A stretch of 62,313 bases of DNA, filler included, from 9 parts of 9 records of this genome joined end to end with filler, not necessarily neighbours in it; one strand, 5' to 3'. Shown: positions 10,488-21,363, counted from the first letter of the whole stretch. Made by a program: numbers and translations. Notes: generated from the letters alone by a model not told the origin.

Positions 10488-11133
10488 TTACTGATTTTCT
10501 GTTTCCGATAAGGCGCGGGTCAAAAGATCAAAGGCCTGGTCAAGCTCCTGTTCCGTGACGGTGAGGGGCGGGGTCAGGGTAAGAAAATTACCACGGGACA
10601 CCTTGAAGCTCAGCCCCCTTTCCAGGCATCGGTACATGACCCGGTCGGCGAGATCCCTGGCCGGGGTCCGGCTCTGCCGGTCAATGACCAGCTCGGCCCC
10701 GAACAGGAGCCCCTCCCCCCGGACATCGCCCACGGCCTCGAATGCCGATACCATGGCCCGGAGCCGCTCCAGGGCCATGCGCCCCTTTTCCCGGGCCGCC
10801 GACAGCAGATTGCCCTCTTCGATGCAGTCGATGGTGGCCAGTGCCGCGGCACAGGCCACGGGGTTTTTCTCATGGGTGTAATGGCCCAGGGCCCGATCAG
10901 GGGCAAGATCCAGATTTTTGCTTACGATCAGGGCGGAAAAGGGCATCACCCCGCCTCCCAACCCCTTGCCGAGCACCAGGCACATGCTCGGTGCCGGGCA
11001 GGAGGGGCCCCATATTCTTCCGGAACAGGGATTCTCCGCCGATGGAGATGGCATCCAGGGACGCCCCGTGGAAGGATTCCCACATGGTGAGATTGCTGTC
11101 CCCCTCTGACAGATCGGGTCGTGTCATGGTCAT
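10488..11133 (-). pseudogene. pbfA: Class-III PLP enzyme (PbfA-like hydroxy-aminoethylphosphonate ammonia-lyase) with two internal deletions and a frameshift
   Basis: N-terminal SEGDSNL is joined directly to the internal MWESFHGASLDAISIGGE segment, then shifts frame into VLGKGLGGG...GHYTHEKNP. About 650 nt versus ~450 aa expected; sits between phnX and phnW. Confidence 0.8.
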
Positions 11134-11136
11134 CTT

Positions 11137-11979
11137 TTATCCCTTCGGGGGACGTTCCCCGGCCTTGAGCCGCTGGTTAATGGTTTCGATCACCGGCAGG
11201 ATATCGCTCAGCCGTTCCACACAAAAATGGGCGCCGGCGTCTATGAACCGCCCCTCAATCTCCCGGAGGGCGGGTTGGAGGGTTTCAGGGTCCCGGGATG
11301 CCACCGCCTCCCTGGAAAGCCCCAGCTCGTTGCCGGTCTTTGTCACCCCCACCGTCCACATACCCGCGTTGACGCCCTCTTCCACGTCCGCCACCGTATC
11401 GCCGATTTTCACCATGGCTTCCATGGGACAGATTTCAAGCTTGATGGCGTTCTCGTAGCACATCCAGGGATAGGGACGGCCCCCGGGCACGTCCGATGAA
11501 CAGACAATGACGTCCGGGTGGTAGCCCTTTTCCCGGGCCGCGGGCACCAGCACCTCCATCATCTCCCGGACATACCCGGTGCAGGAGCCGATCCTGATCC
11601 CCATGGACCGCAGCGTATCCACGGTCTCCAGTACGCCGTCGATGGGGTCGGCGTGCCGGGCCATGGCGGAGACCATCATGGCGGCGGTTTTGTCATAAAG
11701 CAGGTCCACATCGGATTCATCGGGCAGCCGGCCGTACCGGTCCTGCCAGGCGGCGGCAACATCGGGCAGCCCGCACATGCCCCGGATATGGTCCTTCTTG
11801 GCAAGTCCCATGAATTTCCGGGCATGGGCCACGGTCACATCCACATCCTCGCTTTTGAACACATCCACAAACACGGCGGCAGGGCCCATGCAGCCATGGT
11901 CCACGGCGGTGCCGGCCCAGTCCAGGACCACGGCCTTCACCGGGCCGGTATAAGCGTTTTTTATCATCACTTCAGTCAT
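11137..11979 (-). CDS. phnX: Phosphonoacetaldehyde hydrolase
   Basis: DWAGTAVDHG, MGLAKKDHIR, GRPYPWM, KIGDTVADVEEGVNAGMWTVG. Confidence 0.96.
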   Translation of the reverse strand: MTEVMIKNAYTGPVKAVVLDWAGTAVDHGCMGPAAVFVDVFKSEDVDVTVAHARKFMGLAKKDHIRGMCGLPDVAAAWQDRYGRLPDESDVDLLYDKTAAMMVSAMARHADPIDGVLETVDTLRSMGIRIGSCTGYVREMMEVLVPAAREKGYHPDVIVCSSDVPGGRPYPWMCYENAIKLEICPMEAMVKIGDTVADVEEGVNAGMWTVGVTKTGNELGLSREAVASRDPETLQPALREIEGRFIDAGAHFCVERLSDILPVIETINQRLKAGERPPKG

Positions 11980-11997
11980 TTTTTTCTCCTTTGATGC

Positions 11998-13752
11998 TTA
12001 TCCTTTTGTCCAGGCCATGCTTCGGTGTCTGATCCGCCGGGTCAAAAAGGAGTATATGAGCCTGACCGTCAGATTGGTCAGGACCACCAGTATGGACATG
12101 GCGCATGCCGGGGCGATATCCCCGGCATCATCCATGTTGGCAATGGCCACCGAGGCCAGGGGCAGATCCGCGGAGTAAAGAAAGATCACCGCTGACACGG
12201 TGGCCATGGAATTGACAAAATAATAGATGCCCACCTCCAGGATGGCCGGCAGGCAAACCGGGACGGTCACCCTGAAAAAGGTCTTGTAAAACGGTACGCC
12301 CATGGCATCGGACACCTGGTCGAACTCGATATCCAGCTGCTTCAGGGCCGTGGTGGCGGTCAGGAAGCTGACCGTGTAAAAATGAACGATGTTGGACAGC
12401 ACCAGGATGGCCATGGTGCCGTAGATAAAGTTAAAGGGGTTGGGAATCATCCATCCCATCAGGGACCACCCCCGGGCATTGAAGAAAAAGATATAGGAAA
12501 GTCCGATCACCAGACCCGGCAGGGCCAGGGGAAGGATGGAGAGAAAATAGGCCGTCTGCCGCACCGGGTTCATGACCCGGCTCTTCTCAATGAGCCAGGC
12601 GCTGGAAAAGGTGATCATGGTTCCCAGGACCGCGGAATAGAGCCCCATGCGGACGCTGTTGAAAAAGGCCGTGTACCCGCCGCCCCCGGTGCCGGTAAAC
12701 CGGTAATGCCAGAACCCGAGGGAAAGCTTGTAGGGCCATACCTTCACCAGGGAGGCATACAGGGCCGTGCCGTAAAAACAGAGGATCAACACGGCGATCA
12801 AGGCGCAAAAGGCAAAGGCCGACCGGTCCCCCCACCGATCGGGCCGGGGCGCAAGGGGAACGGATTTGGCGGCGATCATGGCCACCTGCCGCTTCTGGAT
12901 GATCCGGTCCGCCACAAAGGCGATCACCGTGGGCACCAGGAGCACCACGCTCACCACCGCGCCCATGACGAAGTTCTGCTGGCCGATCACCTGCTTGTAG
13001 ATATCCGTGGCCAGGATATTGAAGTTGCCGCCCACCACCTTGGGAGCGCCGAAATCGGTAAAGGCCAGGATGAAGCAGACAAACACGGCGCTGAGCAGCC
13101 CGTATTTGATGCCGGGCAGGGTCACCGTGAAGAACACCCGCCATTTTTTCGCCCCCAGGGACTCGGCCGCCTCATACAGCCTGGCGTCGCTGATGGCAAG
13201 AGCGGTGCCAAGGATAAGCATGGCCTGGGGAAAGGTGTACAGCACCTCGGATATGATGATGCCCACCGGCCCGTACAGGGGAATCGACATCCCGGGCAGG
13301 AGCCCGAACAATCCCTTGGTAACCAGGCCCTTGCGGCCAAAGAGATAGATCAGGGCAATGCCGTTGAGCAGGGTGGGGGCAAACAGGGGCATCATGGCGA
13401 TGCCCTTGAAAAAACCCTTGGCCCCCATGCAGGTCCGATGCAGGGCGTAGGCAAAGGCAAATCCCAGGGTCACGGAGATCAGCGTCGTGCAGACCGCCAC
13501 CCGGATGCTGTTGCCAATGGAGCGGGACAGGGCCGGGGAACTGAAATACTCGTGGTAGTTGGCAAGCCCCACAAAGGCGCCGTCGGGGCCGGTCAGGCTC
13601 TTCATCAGCAGGGTGCCCACTGGCAGCACCACCACCACGACCATCCACAGGCAGGCAAGAAGAATCAGCAGCCGTTTCCAGAAGCTGTCACAGGCCCAAA
13701 GGCCCCGGAAAGAAAAGGTAAGGCCGGAGGACACGGCCAGTAAATCAGCCAT
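11998..13752 (-). CDS. 2-AEP ABC transporter permease (two fused BPD_transp_1 domains)
   Basis: Multi-TM; LYEAAESLGA EAA motif; TDFGAPKVVGG; inside the phn operon. Confidence 0.92.
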   Translation of the reverse strand: MADLLAVSSGLTFSFRGLWACDSFWKRLLILLACLWMVVVVVLPVGTLLMKSLTGPDGAFVGLANYHEYFSSPALSRSIGNSIRVAVCTTLISVTLGFAFAYALHRTCMGAKGFFKGIAMMPLFAPTLLNGIALIYLFGRKGLVTKGLFGLLPGMSIPLYGPVGIIISEVLYTFPQAMLILGTALAISDARLYEAAESLGAKKWRVFFTVTLPGIKYGLLSAVFVCFILAFTDFGAPKVVGGNFNILATDIYKQVIGQQNFVMGAVVSVVLLVPTVIAFVADRIIQKRQVAMIAAKSVPLAPRPDRWGDRSAFAFCALIAVLILCFYGTALYASLVKVWPYKLSLGFWHYRFTGTGGGGYTAFFNSVRMGLYSAVLGTMITFSSAWLIEKSRVMNPVRQTAYFLSILPLALPGLVIGLSYIFFFNARGWSLMGWMIPNPFNFIYGTMAILVLSNIVHFYTVSFLTATTALKQLDIEFDQVSDAMGVPFYKTFFRVTVPVCLPAILEVGIYYFVNSMATVSAVIFLYSADLPLASVAIANMDDAGDIAPACAMSILVVLTNLTVRLIYSFLTRRIRHRSMAWTKG

Positions 13753-14932
13753 GTGCCTTCACCCTGCCCTTTCCCAGCCACTCCCGGTTTCCGTACACCA
13801 GCAGGCGGTCCGGCGGCAGGGCCACCGAAACCGGCTGCTGCCGGTCCAGGGAAAACCGGCGGATTTTTTCCGTGGGCACATCCGCCGTGATCAGGGGCAT
13901 GTCCCGCCCCCCGTCCTTCAGGGAAAGCCCCAGCCGGAACAACGATCCCCGGTACTCCATGGTTTCGATCTTTCCGGGGAAGCGGTTTGCGCCCCGGTTC
14001 TCCGGGCCGTCGATCAGGACATCCCCGGGCCGGATGGCCAGGGTGGCCCGGGCCCCTTTGACCAGGCGCCCTGCCCCGTTCTCGTAGTCCACATGGAAGG
14101 TTTTGCCGGCAATGTCATAGGTTCCCGGGGCAAGCTTCCGGGCCTGACTCATGAAGTTCATGGCCCCGATGAACGACGCCACAAAGGGCGTGGCCGGCCT
14201 TTCATAGATCCGGGCAGGCGTCCCCTCCTGGATCAGCCGGCCGCCGTCCATCACCAGGATCCGGTCCGCCATGGTCAGGGCCTCCTCCTGGTCATGGGTG
14301 ACCATGATGGTGGTCACCCCCAACCGCTGCTGGAGCTGCCGGATTTCCCTCCGCAATTTCACCCGGACCTTGGCGTCCAGGGCGGAAAGGGGCTCATCCA
14401 AAAGCAAAAGGTCCGGGGAAAGGGCCATGGCCCGGGCCAGGGCCACCCGCTGCTGCTGGCCCCCGGACATCTGGGCCGGGTATTTCTTTCCGAGGCCGGA
14501 AAGCCCCACCAGGTCCATGAGTTCCGCAACCTTTTCCCGGACCGCCTGCCGGGAAAGCTGGCCGGAAAGTCCGTAGGCAATGTTTTTTTCCGCCGTGAGG
14601 TTGGGAAACAGGGCATAGGACTGGAACACGATTCCCACGTTCCGCCGGGAAACGGGAAACTTTGAAACATCCCGGCCGTTGATGAGCACCCTGCCCCGGG
14701 TCTGGCGTTCGAGCCCCGCGATCACCCGCAGGGCCGTGGTCTTCCCGCACCCACTGGGGCCGAGGATGGAAAGGAACTCCCCTTTCCCGGCCGTAAAAGA
14801 AACCCCATCCAGGGCATTGACCGGTCCGAAATCCTTGGAAACATCTTTTAACTGTAAATAGGTTTGATCCGTCTGCATGGCGCCTCCCTTGTCGAACACC
14901 GGACCGGCAGGCTGCCGGCCCGTAAGATTCAC
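13745..14932 (-). CDS. 2-AEP ABC transporter ATP-binding protein (start may be the downstream ATG, MQTDQ)
   Basis: GPSGCGKT, MSGGQQQRVALAR, LLLDEP, TOBE-like C-terminus. Confidence 0.92.
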   Translation of the reverse strand: MNLTGRQPAGPVFDKGGAMQTDQTYLQLKDVSKDFGPVNALDGVSFTAGKGEFLSILGPSGCGKTTALRVIAGLERQTRGRVLINGRDVSKFPVSRRNVGIVFQSYALFPNLTAEKNIAYGLSGQLSRQAVREKVAELMDLVGLSGLGKKYPAQMSGGQQQRVALARAMALSPDLLLLDEPLSALDAKVRVKLRREIRQLQQRLGVTTIMVTHDQEEALTMADRILVMDGGRLIQEGTPARIYERPATPFVASFIGAMNFMSQARKLAPGTYDIAGKTFHVDYENGAGRLVKGARATLAIRPGDVLIDGPENRGANRFPGKIETMEYRGSLFRLGLSLKDGGRDMPLITADVPTEKIRRFSLDRQQPVSVALPPDRLLVYGNREWLGKGRVKAHG

Positions 14933-15958
14933 TTATTTTGCATCACTTTTGCCGTCATACCGCCGGGTCCACTCCTTGAGGATCGCCATGCGGTTTTGGG
15001 CGGCCCACTGGAAATCGTTCTCCACCAGCTGGGCACCGGGATTCCCGGGGAACCCATCCGGCACCGGTGTGCCGGTGGCGTAGGCGGTCACGGGATAGAC
15101 CTTGGCATATTCCTTCATCACCGGTTCGCTGATGGCCCAGTCCAGGAAGGTTCTTGCTTCGGGCTTGATATGATCCTTCCGGATCAGGCAGTTGGCTTCC
15201 ACATCCCACCCGGATCCCTCCCCGGGAAACACGGTCAGGACCGGCTCCCCCTTCTGCTTCTGCATGAAGCCCCGGTAGGCAAAGGAGATGCCGATGGGCA
15301 GCTCCCCCGCCCCCGCGATTTTGCAGGGCTTGGAGCCGGAATGGGTATACCGTGCGATATTGCCGTGGAGCTTGTCCAGGTAGGCCCACCCCGCTTTCTC
15401 CCCCTTCATCTGGAGAATGGCGGACACGGTCAGGAACCCGGTGCCCGAAGAGGCCGGGTTGGGCATCACCAGGTGGCCCTTGTAAACGGGATCGAGCAGG
15501 TCATCAAAGGTCTGGGGCAGCGGCAGACCCAGGTCGCTCACCTCATAGGTGTTGACGCAGAACCCGGTCATCCAGGCCTTGATACCCACCCAGTGGGGCA
15601 CCTGGTTGTAGTCCCGCATCTTGGGCTGCACCCGGTCGAGGTCCTCGGGGGCATAGGGTTCCACCATGCCGGCCTGGTCACAGAGCATCAGGCTGGTGGC
15701 CGCCGTGCCCCAGACCACATCCGCCCGGGGATTATCCTTCTCCGCCAGAAGCTTGGCCGTAACGATCCCGGTGGAGTCCCGGACGACCTTCACATTGATC
15801 TCCGGATGGCTTTTCTTTAAAAGTGCCATATACCGGGGCAGTTCATCGTCTTCCAGTGCCGTGTAAACCACCAGGTCCCCCGCCAGGGCCATGCCGGGCG
15901 CCCAAAAAACACCGCACAATGCCAGGACCGATACCATCCTTCCGAATAACCGTTTCAT
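14933..15958 (-). CDS. 2-AEP ABC transporter substrate-binding protein
   Basis: Signal peptide, [51 protein letters not shown]. Confidence 0.92.
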   Translation of the reverse strand: MKRLFGRMVSVLALCGVFWAPGMALAGDLVVYTALEDDELPRYMALLKKSHPEINVKVVRDSTGIVTAKLLAEKDNPRADVVWGTAATSLMLCDQAGMVEPYAPEDLDRVQPKMRDYNQVPHWVGIKAWMTGFCVNTYEVSDLGLPLPQTFDDLLDPVYKGHLVMPNPASSGTGFLTVSAILQMKGEKAGWAYLDKLHGNIARYTHSGSKPCKIAGAGELPIGISFAYRGFMQKQKGEPVLTVFPGEGSGWDVEANCLIRKDHIKPEARTFLDWAISEPVMKEYAKVYPVTAYATGTPVPDGFPGNPGAQLVENDFQWAAQNRMAILKEWTRRYDGKSDAK

Positions 15959-16884
15959 GCTTCATCTCCTTTTGTTGTGTGAATTCCATTTAAAATCCGG
16001 AGCGTTTCGCTCTCCGCCGCCGCAATCTCTAAAAACGCTGAAACAGCTTTCAGCTCCCGGTATTCCGGCAGGCAAACAATATACTGAAATGCTGTAAAAT
16101 CCCCTCCTCCCAGGGGAATTTTCACCAGGCGGTCGTCCGGCCCAAATTCATCGGCAAGGGAGATCCCGAACCCGATACCGGCCGCCACCACCTCTTTCAT
16201 AGTGTCCCAGTTGTCGAGCTCCAGGATGATCTCCGGCTGAATCCCCGCGGCTTCCAGTTTGTGATTGAATATCCGGCGGGTGGCGGACTGGTTATGAAGG
16301 GCCACCATCTTCTCCCCGTGGAGCTGATCAATATGGATCTTCCCCAGCCCCGCCCAGGAATGCTCCCGTGAAACAAACAGCAGGATCTCCTGGGAACTGT
16401 ACTCCAGGGCATGGAGGGCCGGGTCCGGTGCCGAAGCCGTGATTTCGGCCACATCCATCCGGCAGTCCAGGACCGCCTCCCTGAGGTTTGACGAGTGACC
16501 AATGGTGGCCTTAATCCTGACACCGGGGTATTGTCCCATGAATTTCGCCAGGAGCCCCTTGACGAAATAGTGGCAGCTCAGGCCGATATGGATCTTGCCG
16601 GCCACAAGTTCCCGGGCGTCCCGGAGGCGGGCGTCCATGTCATTTACCAGCCCCAGGACCTTCCGGCACGTATTGGCCAGCTCCTGGCCGAACCCGCTCA
16701 ACAGGATCTCCTTGCCCCGGCGGTAATAGATCTTGACCCCGTACCGCTTCTGCAGGGTCCGCAATTGCAGGGAAACCGCCGGCTGACTGATGCCAAGCAT
16801 CACCGCCGCCTTTGAGAAATTCTTCTCCCTGGCAACGGCATCCAGGATTTTGATTTGAGAGATGGTGATATCCATTTTTGTCAT
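15955..16884 (-). CDS. LysR family regulator heading the 2-AEP operon
   Basis: [31 protein letters not shown] overlap with the SBP gene. Confidence 0.93.
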   Translation of the reverse strand: MTKMDITISQIKILDAVAREKNFSKAAVMLGISQPAVSLQLRTLQKRYGVKIYYRRGKEILLSGFGQELANTCRKVLGLVNDMDARLRDARELVAGKIHIGLSCHYFVKGLLAKFMGQYPGVRIKATIGHSSNLREAVLDCRMDVAEITASAPDPALHALEYSSQEILLFVSREHSWAGLGKIHIDQLHGEKMVALHNQSATRRIFNHKLEAAGIQPEIILELDNWDTMKEVVAAGIGFGISLADEFGPDDRLVKIPLGGGDFTAFQYIVCLPEYRELKAVSAFLEIAAAESETLRILNGIHTTKGDEA

Positions 16885-16911
16885 CTTCCACGTCCTTGTC
16901 TGTTTGGCAGG

Positions 16912-17006
16912 ACTATAGAAGACCCATATTTGGCTTCAATTAGACAAAAATGATTATTTTATTAGGAAAAGTTTGGAAAATTTAGAGATATATAAGCTTT
17001 GTTTAT
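16912..17006 (-). promoter_or_regulatory. Promoter with Pho-box-like 11-bp repeats and an upstream LysR-type ATAA-N7-TTAT site
   Basis: Minus strand: CTAAT/ATCAT/CTAAT/CAAAT at an exact 11-nt period, ending 10 nt before TATAGT. ATAAGCTTTGTTTAT at 16992-17006. Confidence 0.45.
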
Positions 17007-17034
17007 ACTTGACCCGTGAGGCTTTCGCAGTTCA

Positions 17035-18032
17035 TCACACAAGGCGATTTCCAGATGCAAGCCATTTCATATACTTTTGAAACGCCCGCATCACAAACAA
17101 GTGAATGGCGGCCTGGGTTGCGCTGTAAAAACCCCAAGGCAGACGAGGGGTATAGTCATGAATGGCGGCGATGGTGAAGCGGCCTTTCAGCACATCCCGA
17201 AACTCCAGACGGGGTTTCGGATCACCGTGCCATTTGGAGAGAATCCCCTCCGTGATGAAGTACATTCGCCTGTCCGGAGAGCTGTGGGTCGGCTGGAAAG
17301 CCAACGTCAGAAGATGAAGGGGCGGAAAACGCGTAAAGACACGCAACGAACCGTCCCGATCACGCCTGCATCGGACAAAGGGCCAGGCAAACCGGGGCAT
17401 CAGCCTGAAGAACGTGTCGGCTACCCAGGTGGCGTTACGGCCCGTCGGTAAGATGATTCGCTGGATGGATCGCACATTGCCCATGCTTCGCAGCCCGGCT
17501 TCATGGGCTTCCATCGCTGTTTCCCGCGGATTGACAGGAAGATCCCCCCCGGATTTTTCAAGATACGGGTCCATCGCCCGGCGAGGCAGCACGGCGCCTT
17601 CACTGATAACCCTTTGAACCGGATTATCCCCCGCAACCAGATCGTAACGGAGATTCTCGACAGCAGCAGAACCGCCTTGCTTCCCGGCGATACAACCAGC
17701 CCCGCCCGCAGGGATGTCACCGGCGTGCCGTAAAAGGCCAACGCCTCAACAACCTCATTTCGGGCGTCAAGAATTTTTCGGGAAACATTCCCTTCAGGAA
17801 CATGCCCCCCCAGATAGACGATCTGTTTGACGCCATTGCGGCGTGCCGCCCGGGCGAAGTTATCAGCAATCAGCAGGTCCATATCCTCACATTCCGCCTG
17901 GACCAGTCTGGCCGTGGGGAGTCTCGTATGCACGAGATAGACGGCATAATCGCAACCGGCGACAGCGGCTTCTACCTCCCTTCTCGAAAAGGGCTCGCAG
18001 TATCGCCATGTGAAAGGAAGACCGGCATCCGC
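17035..18032 (-). pseudogene. NAD(P)-binding NmrA/YbjT-like protein with an internal deletion/frameshift; 5'-partial
   Basis: AVAGCDYAVYLVH...ADNFARAARRNGVKQIVYLGG...LRAGLVVSPGS, then a frame change near 17660 into VENLRYDLVAGDN and the C-terminal RSIQR...HDYTPRLPW...TQAAIH domain. Confidence 0.7.
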
Positions 18033-18132
18033 NNNNNNNNNNNNNNNNNNNNNNNNNNNNNNNNNNNNNNNNNNNNTTAATTAATTAANNNNNNNNNNNN
18101 NNNNNNNNNNNNNNNNNNNNNNNNNNNNNNNN
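18033..18132. other. Artificial contig linker
   Basis: N44-TTAATTAATTAA-N44. Confidence 0.99.
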
Positions 18133-18274
18133 CAATAATCGTGCCAGTTTTACATGCGTTTACCCTATCCGCTGATAACAAGTCTGTGGCGGACCCCTCT
18201 CCAATGTGGTATATATGCCCCACATTATATTATACGGATGACATCCGATAACTATTACAGGAGAGATATTACCA

Positions 18275-18772
18275 ATGTCAGAGAACAAAGAGCAGTACGG
18301 ATGGGACGCCTCAATGGGGATTTCCCTTTACGATAAGATCCGCCAGGATATGAAGCGCTCCATGATCAACAAGGATACGGCGGTCAGGGACACCATGCGC
18401 CTCATCATGGGGGAGTTTCCAAACCTTACCGTCTCCATGACCCTGGAGAGCGGAAAAAAGACCACCCGGGTCAAGACCCCTGAGGAGATCACCGATGACG
18501 ATCTCCTGGACATCATCCGAAAATTTGTCAAATCGGAAAAGACCGTGCTCGAAGTGAAGAACGAAACCACTTCGGACTATCTGGAGCTGCTGAACCGTTA
18601 TCTTCCCAGCATGGCCACCCCGGAGGAGATCGAGCAGTGGATCCGGGAGAACGTTGATTTCTCCCAGTTCAAAGCGCCCATGCAGGCCATGGGGACCGTG
18701 ATGAAGCATTTTGGCAAGCTTGCCGACGGCAACCAGGTCAAAGAGGTGCTCAAGAACATGGGGCGTTCCTGA
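18275..18772 (+). CDS. GatB/YqeY domain protein
   Basis: LYDKIRQDMKRSM...RDTMRLI...YLPSM...MGTVMKHFGKLADGNQVK. Confidence 0.88.
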   Translation: MSENKEQYGWDASMGISLYDKIRQDMKRSMINKDTAVRDTMRLIMGEFPNLTVSMTLESGKKTTRVKTPEEITDDDLLDIIRKFVKSEKTVLEVKNETTSDYLELLNRYLPSMATPEEIEQWIRENVDFSQFKAPMQAMGTVMKHFGKLADGNQVKEVLKNMGRS

Positions 18773-18774
18773 TC

Positions 18775-21303
18775 GTGACCCTCCCCATTGACCGGGTGAT
18801 GCCGGAGATCAAAAAAGCCCTTGAGGGAAATCCGCGGCTGGTGATCAAGGCCCCGCCGGGGGCGGGCAAGACCACCCGGGTCCCCCTGGCCCTCCTGGAT
18901 CAATCCTGGCTTGGCCGGAACAAGATTTTGCTGCTCGAACCCAGGCGCATTGCGGCAAGGGCCGCGGCCGGCCGCATGGCCCAGATGCTGGGGGAACCCC
19001 TTGGCAAGACCGTCGGCTACCATATCAGCATGGACCGGGTCGTCTCCCCGGAGACCCGTATCGAGGTGGTCACAGAGGGGATCCTGACACGGCGGATCCA
19101 GAACGATCCCGGCCTCTCCGGCACCGGCCTTGTCATTTTTGATGAGTTCCATGAACGCAACCTGAACTCCGATCTTGGGCTTGCCCTCTGCCTGGAGGCC
19201 ATGGAGGCCCTGTGCGAGGAACTCAAGATCATCGTGATGTCGGCCACCCTGGATACGGCCCCCCTGGCGGAGCTCCTGGACCATGCCCCGGTGGTGGAAT
19301 CCACCGGCAAAAGCTTTCCCGTCGAGACCCGTTACCTTGATTCCCGCCAGGTGCATAGGAACGAATCCCCTGAGCGCCTCTGTGCGGATATCGTGACCCG
19401 GGCCCTTGCCCGGGAAGATGGGGATATTCTGGTATTCCTTCCCGGGGCGGGGGAGATCCGGCGGGTCGCGGCCCTGCTCGATGACGGACGGCTTTCCCCG
19501 GAGGTGTTTGTGGTGCCCCTGTACGGCAATCTCACCCGGGCGGAACAGGACCTTGCCATCCGGCCTTCGGTTCCCGGACGCCGCAAGGTGGTGCTGGCCA
19601 CCTCCATTGCCGAGACCTCCATCACCATCGACGGGGTGACCATCGTGGTGGACTCGGGGCTCATGCGGGAACCCCGCTTCTCACCCAGTACCGGAATGGG
19701 CAGCCTCGAAACCGTTGCCGCGCCCAAGTCCTCCACCGACCAGAGACGGGGCAGGGCGGGACGGACAGGTCCGGGTACCTGCTACAGGCTCTGGTCCGCC
19801 GGGAGCCACAACCAGCGCCGGGACCAGATTCGGCCCGAGATTTTCAACACCGATCTTTCAGGGTTTGCCCTGGAACTGGCCCTGTGGGGCGTCCGGGACC
19901 CGGAAGAGCTCAAGTGGCTCGATCCGCCCCCAAAGGGCGCCCTGGACCAGGCCCGGGAGCTGTTGACGCGGATCAACGCCCTGGACACCCAGGGCAGGAT
20001 CACGGCCCACGGAAAATCCCTGACCAGCCTCGGTCTCCATCCCAGGCTTGCCCACATGCTTGTCAAGGGCAGGGCCATGGGGCTTGGCGCCCTTGCCTGC
20101 ACCCTTGCGGCCCTGCTCCAGGAGCCCGATTTCCTGATCTTTCGAAACGGTTCAGGGGATGCGGACCTGAGACTTCGCCTGGAACTGCTTTCTTCCAACG
20201 GTCGCCGGGGCAACACGGTGAAAAAAGGGATCATGTCCCGGATCCGCAGGCTCGCCCAGCGGTTCCGCAAACAGCTTGGCGTCAAGGATGAAAAATTCGA
20301 TTCCCGGAATGCCGGTGCCCTGCTCGCCCTTGCCTATCCCGAACGGATTGCGTTGAACCGGGGTACCCGGGACGGCCGTTTCCTTCTGGCCTCCGGGCGG
20401 GGGGGCTTTCTTCCCGAAACCGACCCCCTGGCCTGGGAGGAGCTGGTGGTGGCCGGCCATGTTGACGGCAGGCAGTCCAATGCCAGGATCTTTCTGGCGG
20501 CTCCCTACCCAAGGGAAGCCCTGGAGCGGGATTTTGACCGGCAGATCATCACTTCCGACCAGGTGGTCTGGGACCGTCGTTCCAGGAGCGTTGCGGCAAC
20601 CCGCAAGCGTTGCTACCACGCCCTTGTCCTTGACGAGGAAAAGCTTACGGCCCCCGATCCGGAGGCGGTTTGCGCCGCCATGGTTCGGGGCATCAGGGAG
20701 GAGGGGCTTGCCGTGCTTCCCTGGACCCGGCCCCTTCGCCAGTTCCAGGCAAGGGCCGTGTTCCTGGGAAGGGCCCTTGGGGAGGGGCAATTCCCCGACC
20801 TTTCCGATGCCGCCCTGGCCGAAACCCTTGAGACCTGGCTTGCCCCCTTTCTCGACAGTGTCTCTTCCCTGGCCCGGCTCAAAAAGATCGATTTCAGGGC
20901 AGCGATCCTGTCCCGGTTGACCTATAAGGAGCAGCAGCTGCTGGATCGCCAGGCTCCTTCCCATCTCACGGTTCCCAGCGGGTCAAGGATTCCCCTTGAT
21001 TACGGGTCCTTTGAAAGGACCATTTTTGAATCGCCGGTGCTGGCCGTGCGTCTCCAGGAGATGTTCGGATGCGACGCCACCCCCAGGGTCGCCAACGGAC
21101 GGGTGCCCGTCACCCTTCATCTGCTCTCCCCGGCATCCAGGCCCGTCCAGGTGACCCAGGACCTTGAAAGTTTCTGGAACAACACTTACCGGGAGGTGAA
21201 AAAAGATCTCAAGGGCAGGTATCCCAAACACTACTGGCCCGAAGATCCAAGGGCGGCGGTGCCCACCCGGCGGGTGCGGCCCCGAAACAGTCCCCAAAAA
21301 TGA
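18775..21303 (+). CDS. hrpB: ATP-dependent helicase HrpB
   Basis: APPGAGKTT, DEFHER, MSATL, ATSIAETSITI, QRRGRAGR, C-terminal LLSPASRPVQVTQDLESFW...KGRYPKHYWPEDP. Confidence 0.96.
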   Translation: MTLPIDRVMPEIKKALEGNPRLVIKAPPGAGKTTRVPLALLDQSWLGRNKILLLEPRRIAARAAAGRMAQMLGEPLGKTVGYHISMDRVVSPETRIEVVTEGILTRRIQNDPGLSGTGLVIFDEFHERNLNSDLGLALCLEAMEALCEELKIIVMSATLDTAPLAELLDHAPVVESTGKSFPVETRYLDSRQVHRNESPERLCADIVTRALAREDGDILVFLPGAGEIRRVAALLDDGRLSPEVFVVPLYGNLTRAEQDLAIRPSVPGRRKVVLATSIAETSITIDGVTIVVDSGLMREPRFSPSTGMGSLETVAAPKSSTDQRRGRAGRTGPGTCYRLWSAGSHNQRRDQIRPEIFNTDLSGFALELALWGVRDPEELKWLDPPPKGALDQARELLTRINALDTQGRITAHGKSLTSLGLHPRLAHMLVKGRAMGLGALACTLAALLQEPDFLIFRNGSGDADLRLRLELLSSNGRRGNTVKKGIMSRIRRLAQRFRKQLGVKDEKFDSRNAGALLALAYPERIALNRGTRDGRFLLASGRGGFLPETDPLAWEELVVAGHVDGRQSNARIFLAAPYPREALERDFDRQIITSDQVVWDRRSRSVAATRKRCYHALVLDEEKLTAPDPEAVCAAMVRGIREEGLAVLPWTRPLRQFQARAVFLGRALGEGQFPDLSDAALAETLETWLAPFLDSVSSLARLKKIDFRAAILSRLTYKEQQLLDRQAPSHLTVPSGSRIPLDYGSFERTIFESPVLAVRLQEMFGCDATPRVANGRVPVTLHLLSPASRPVQVTQDLESFWNNTYREVKKDLKGRYPKHYWPEDPRAAVPTRRVRPRNSPQK

Positions 21304-21363
21304 GGACGGCAGGCTGAAAATCGTTGGCACCCGGGATGAAACATGGTAAATGATTCTCTCAAA

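Noticed and set aside
12382-15820. Long + strand ORFs over the ABC transporter genes
   Set aside because: Antisense shadows in GC-rich coding DNA.
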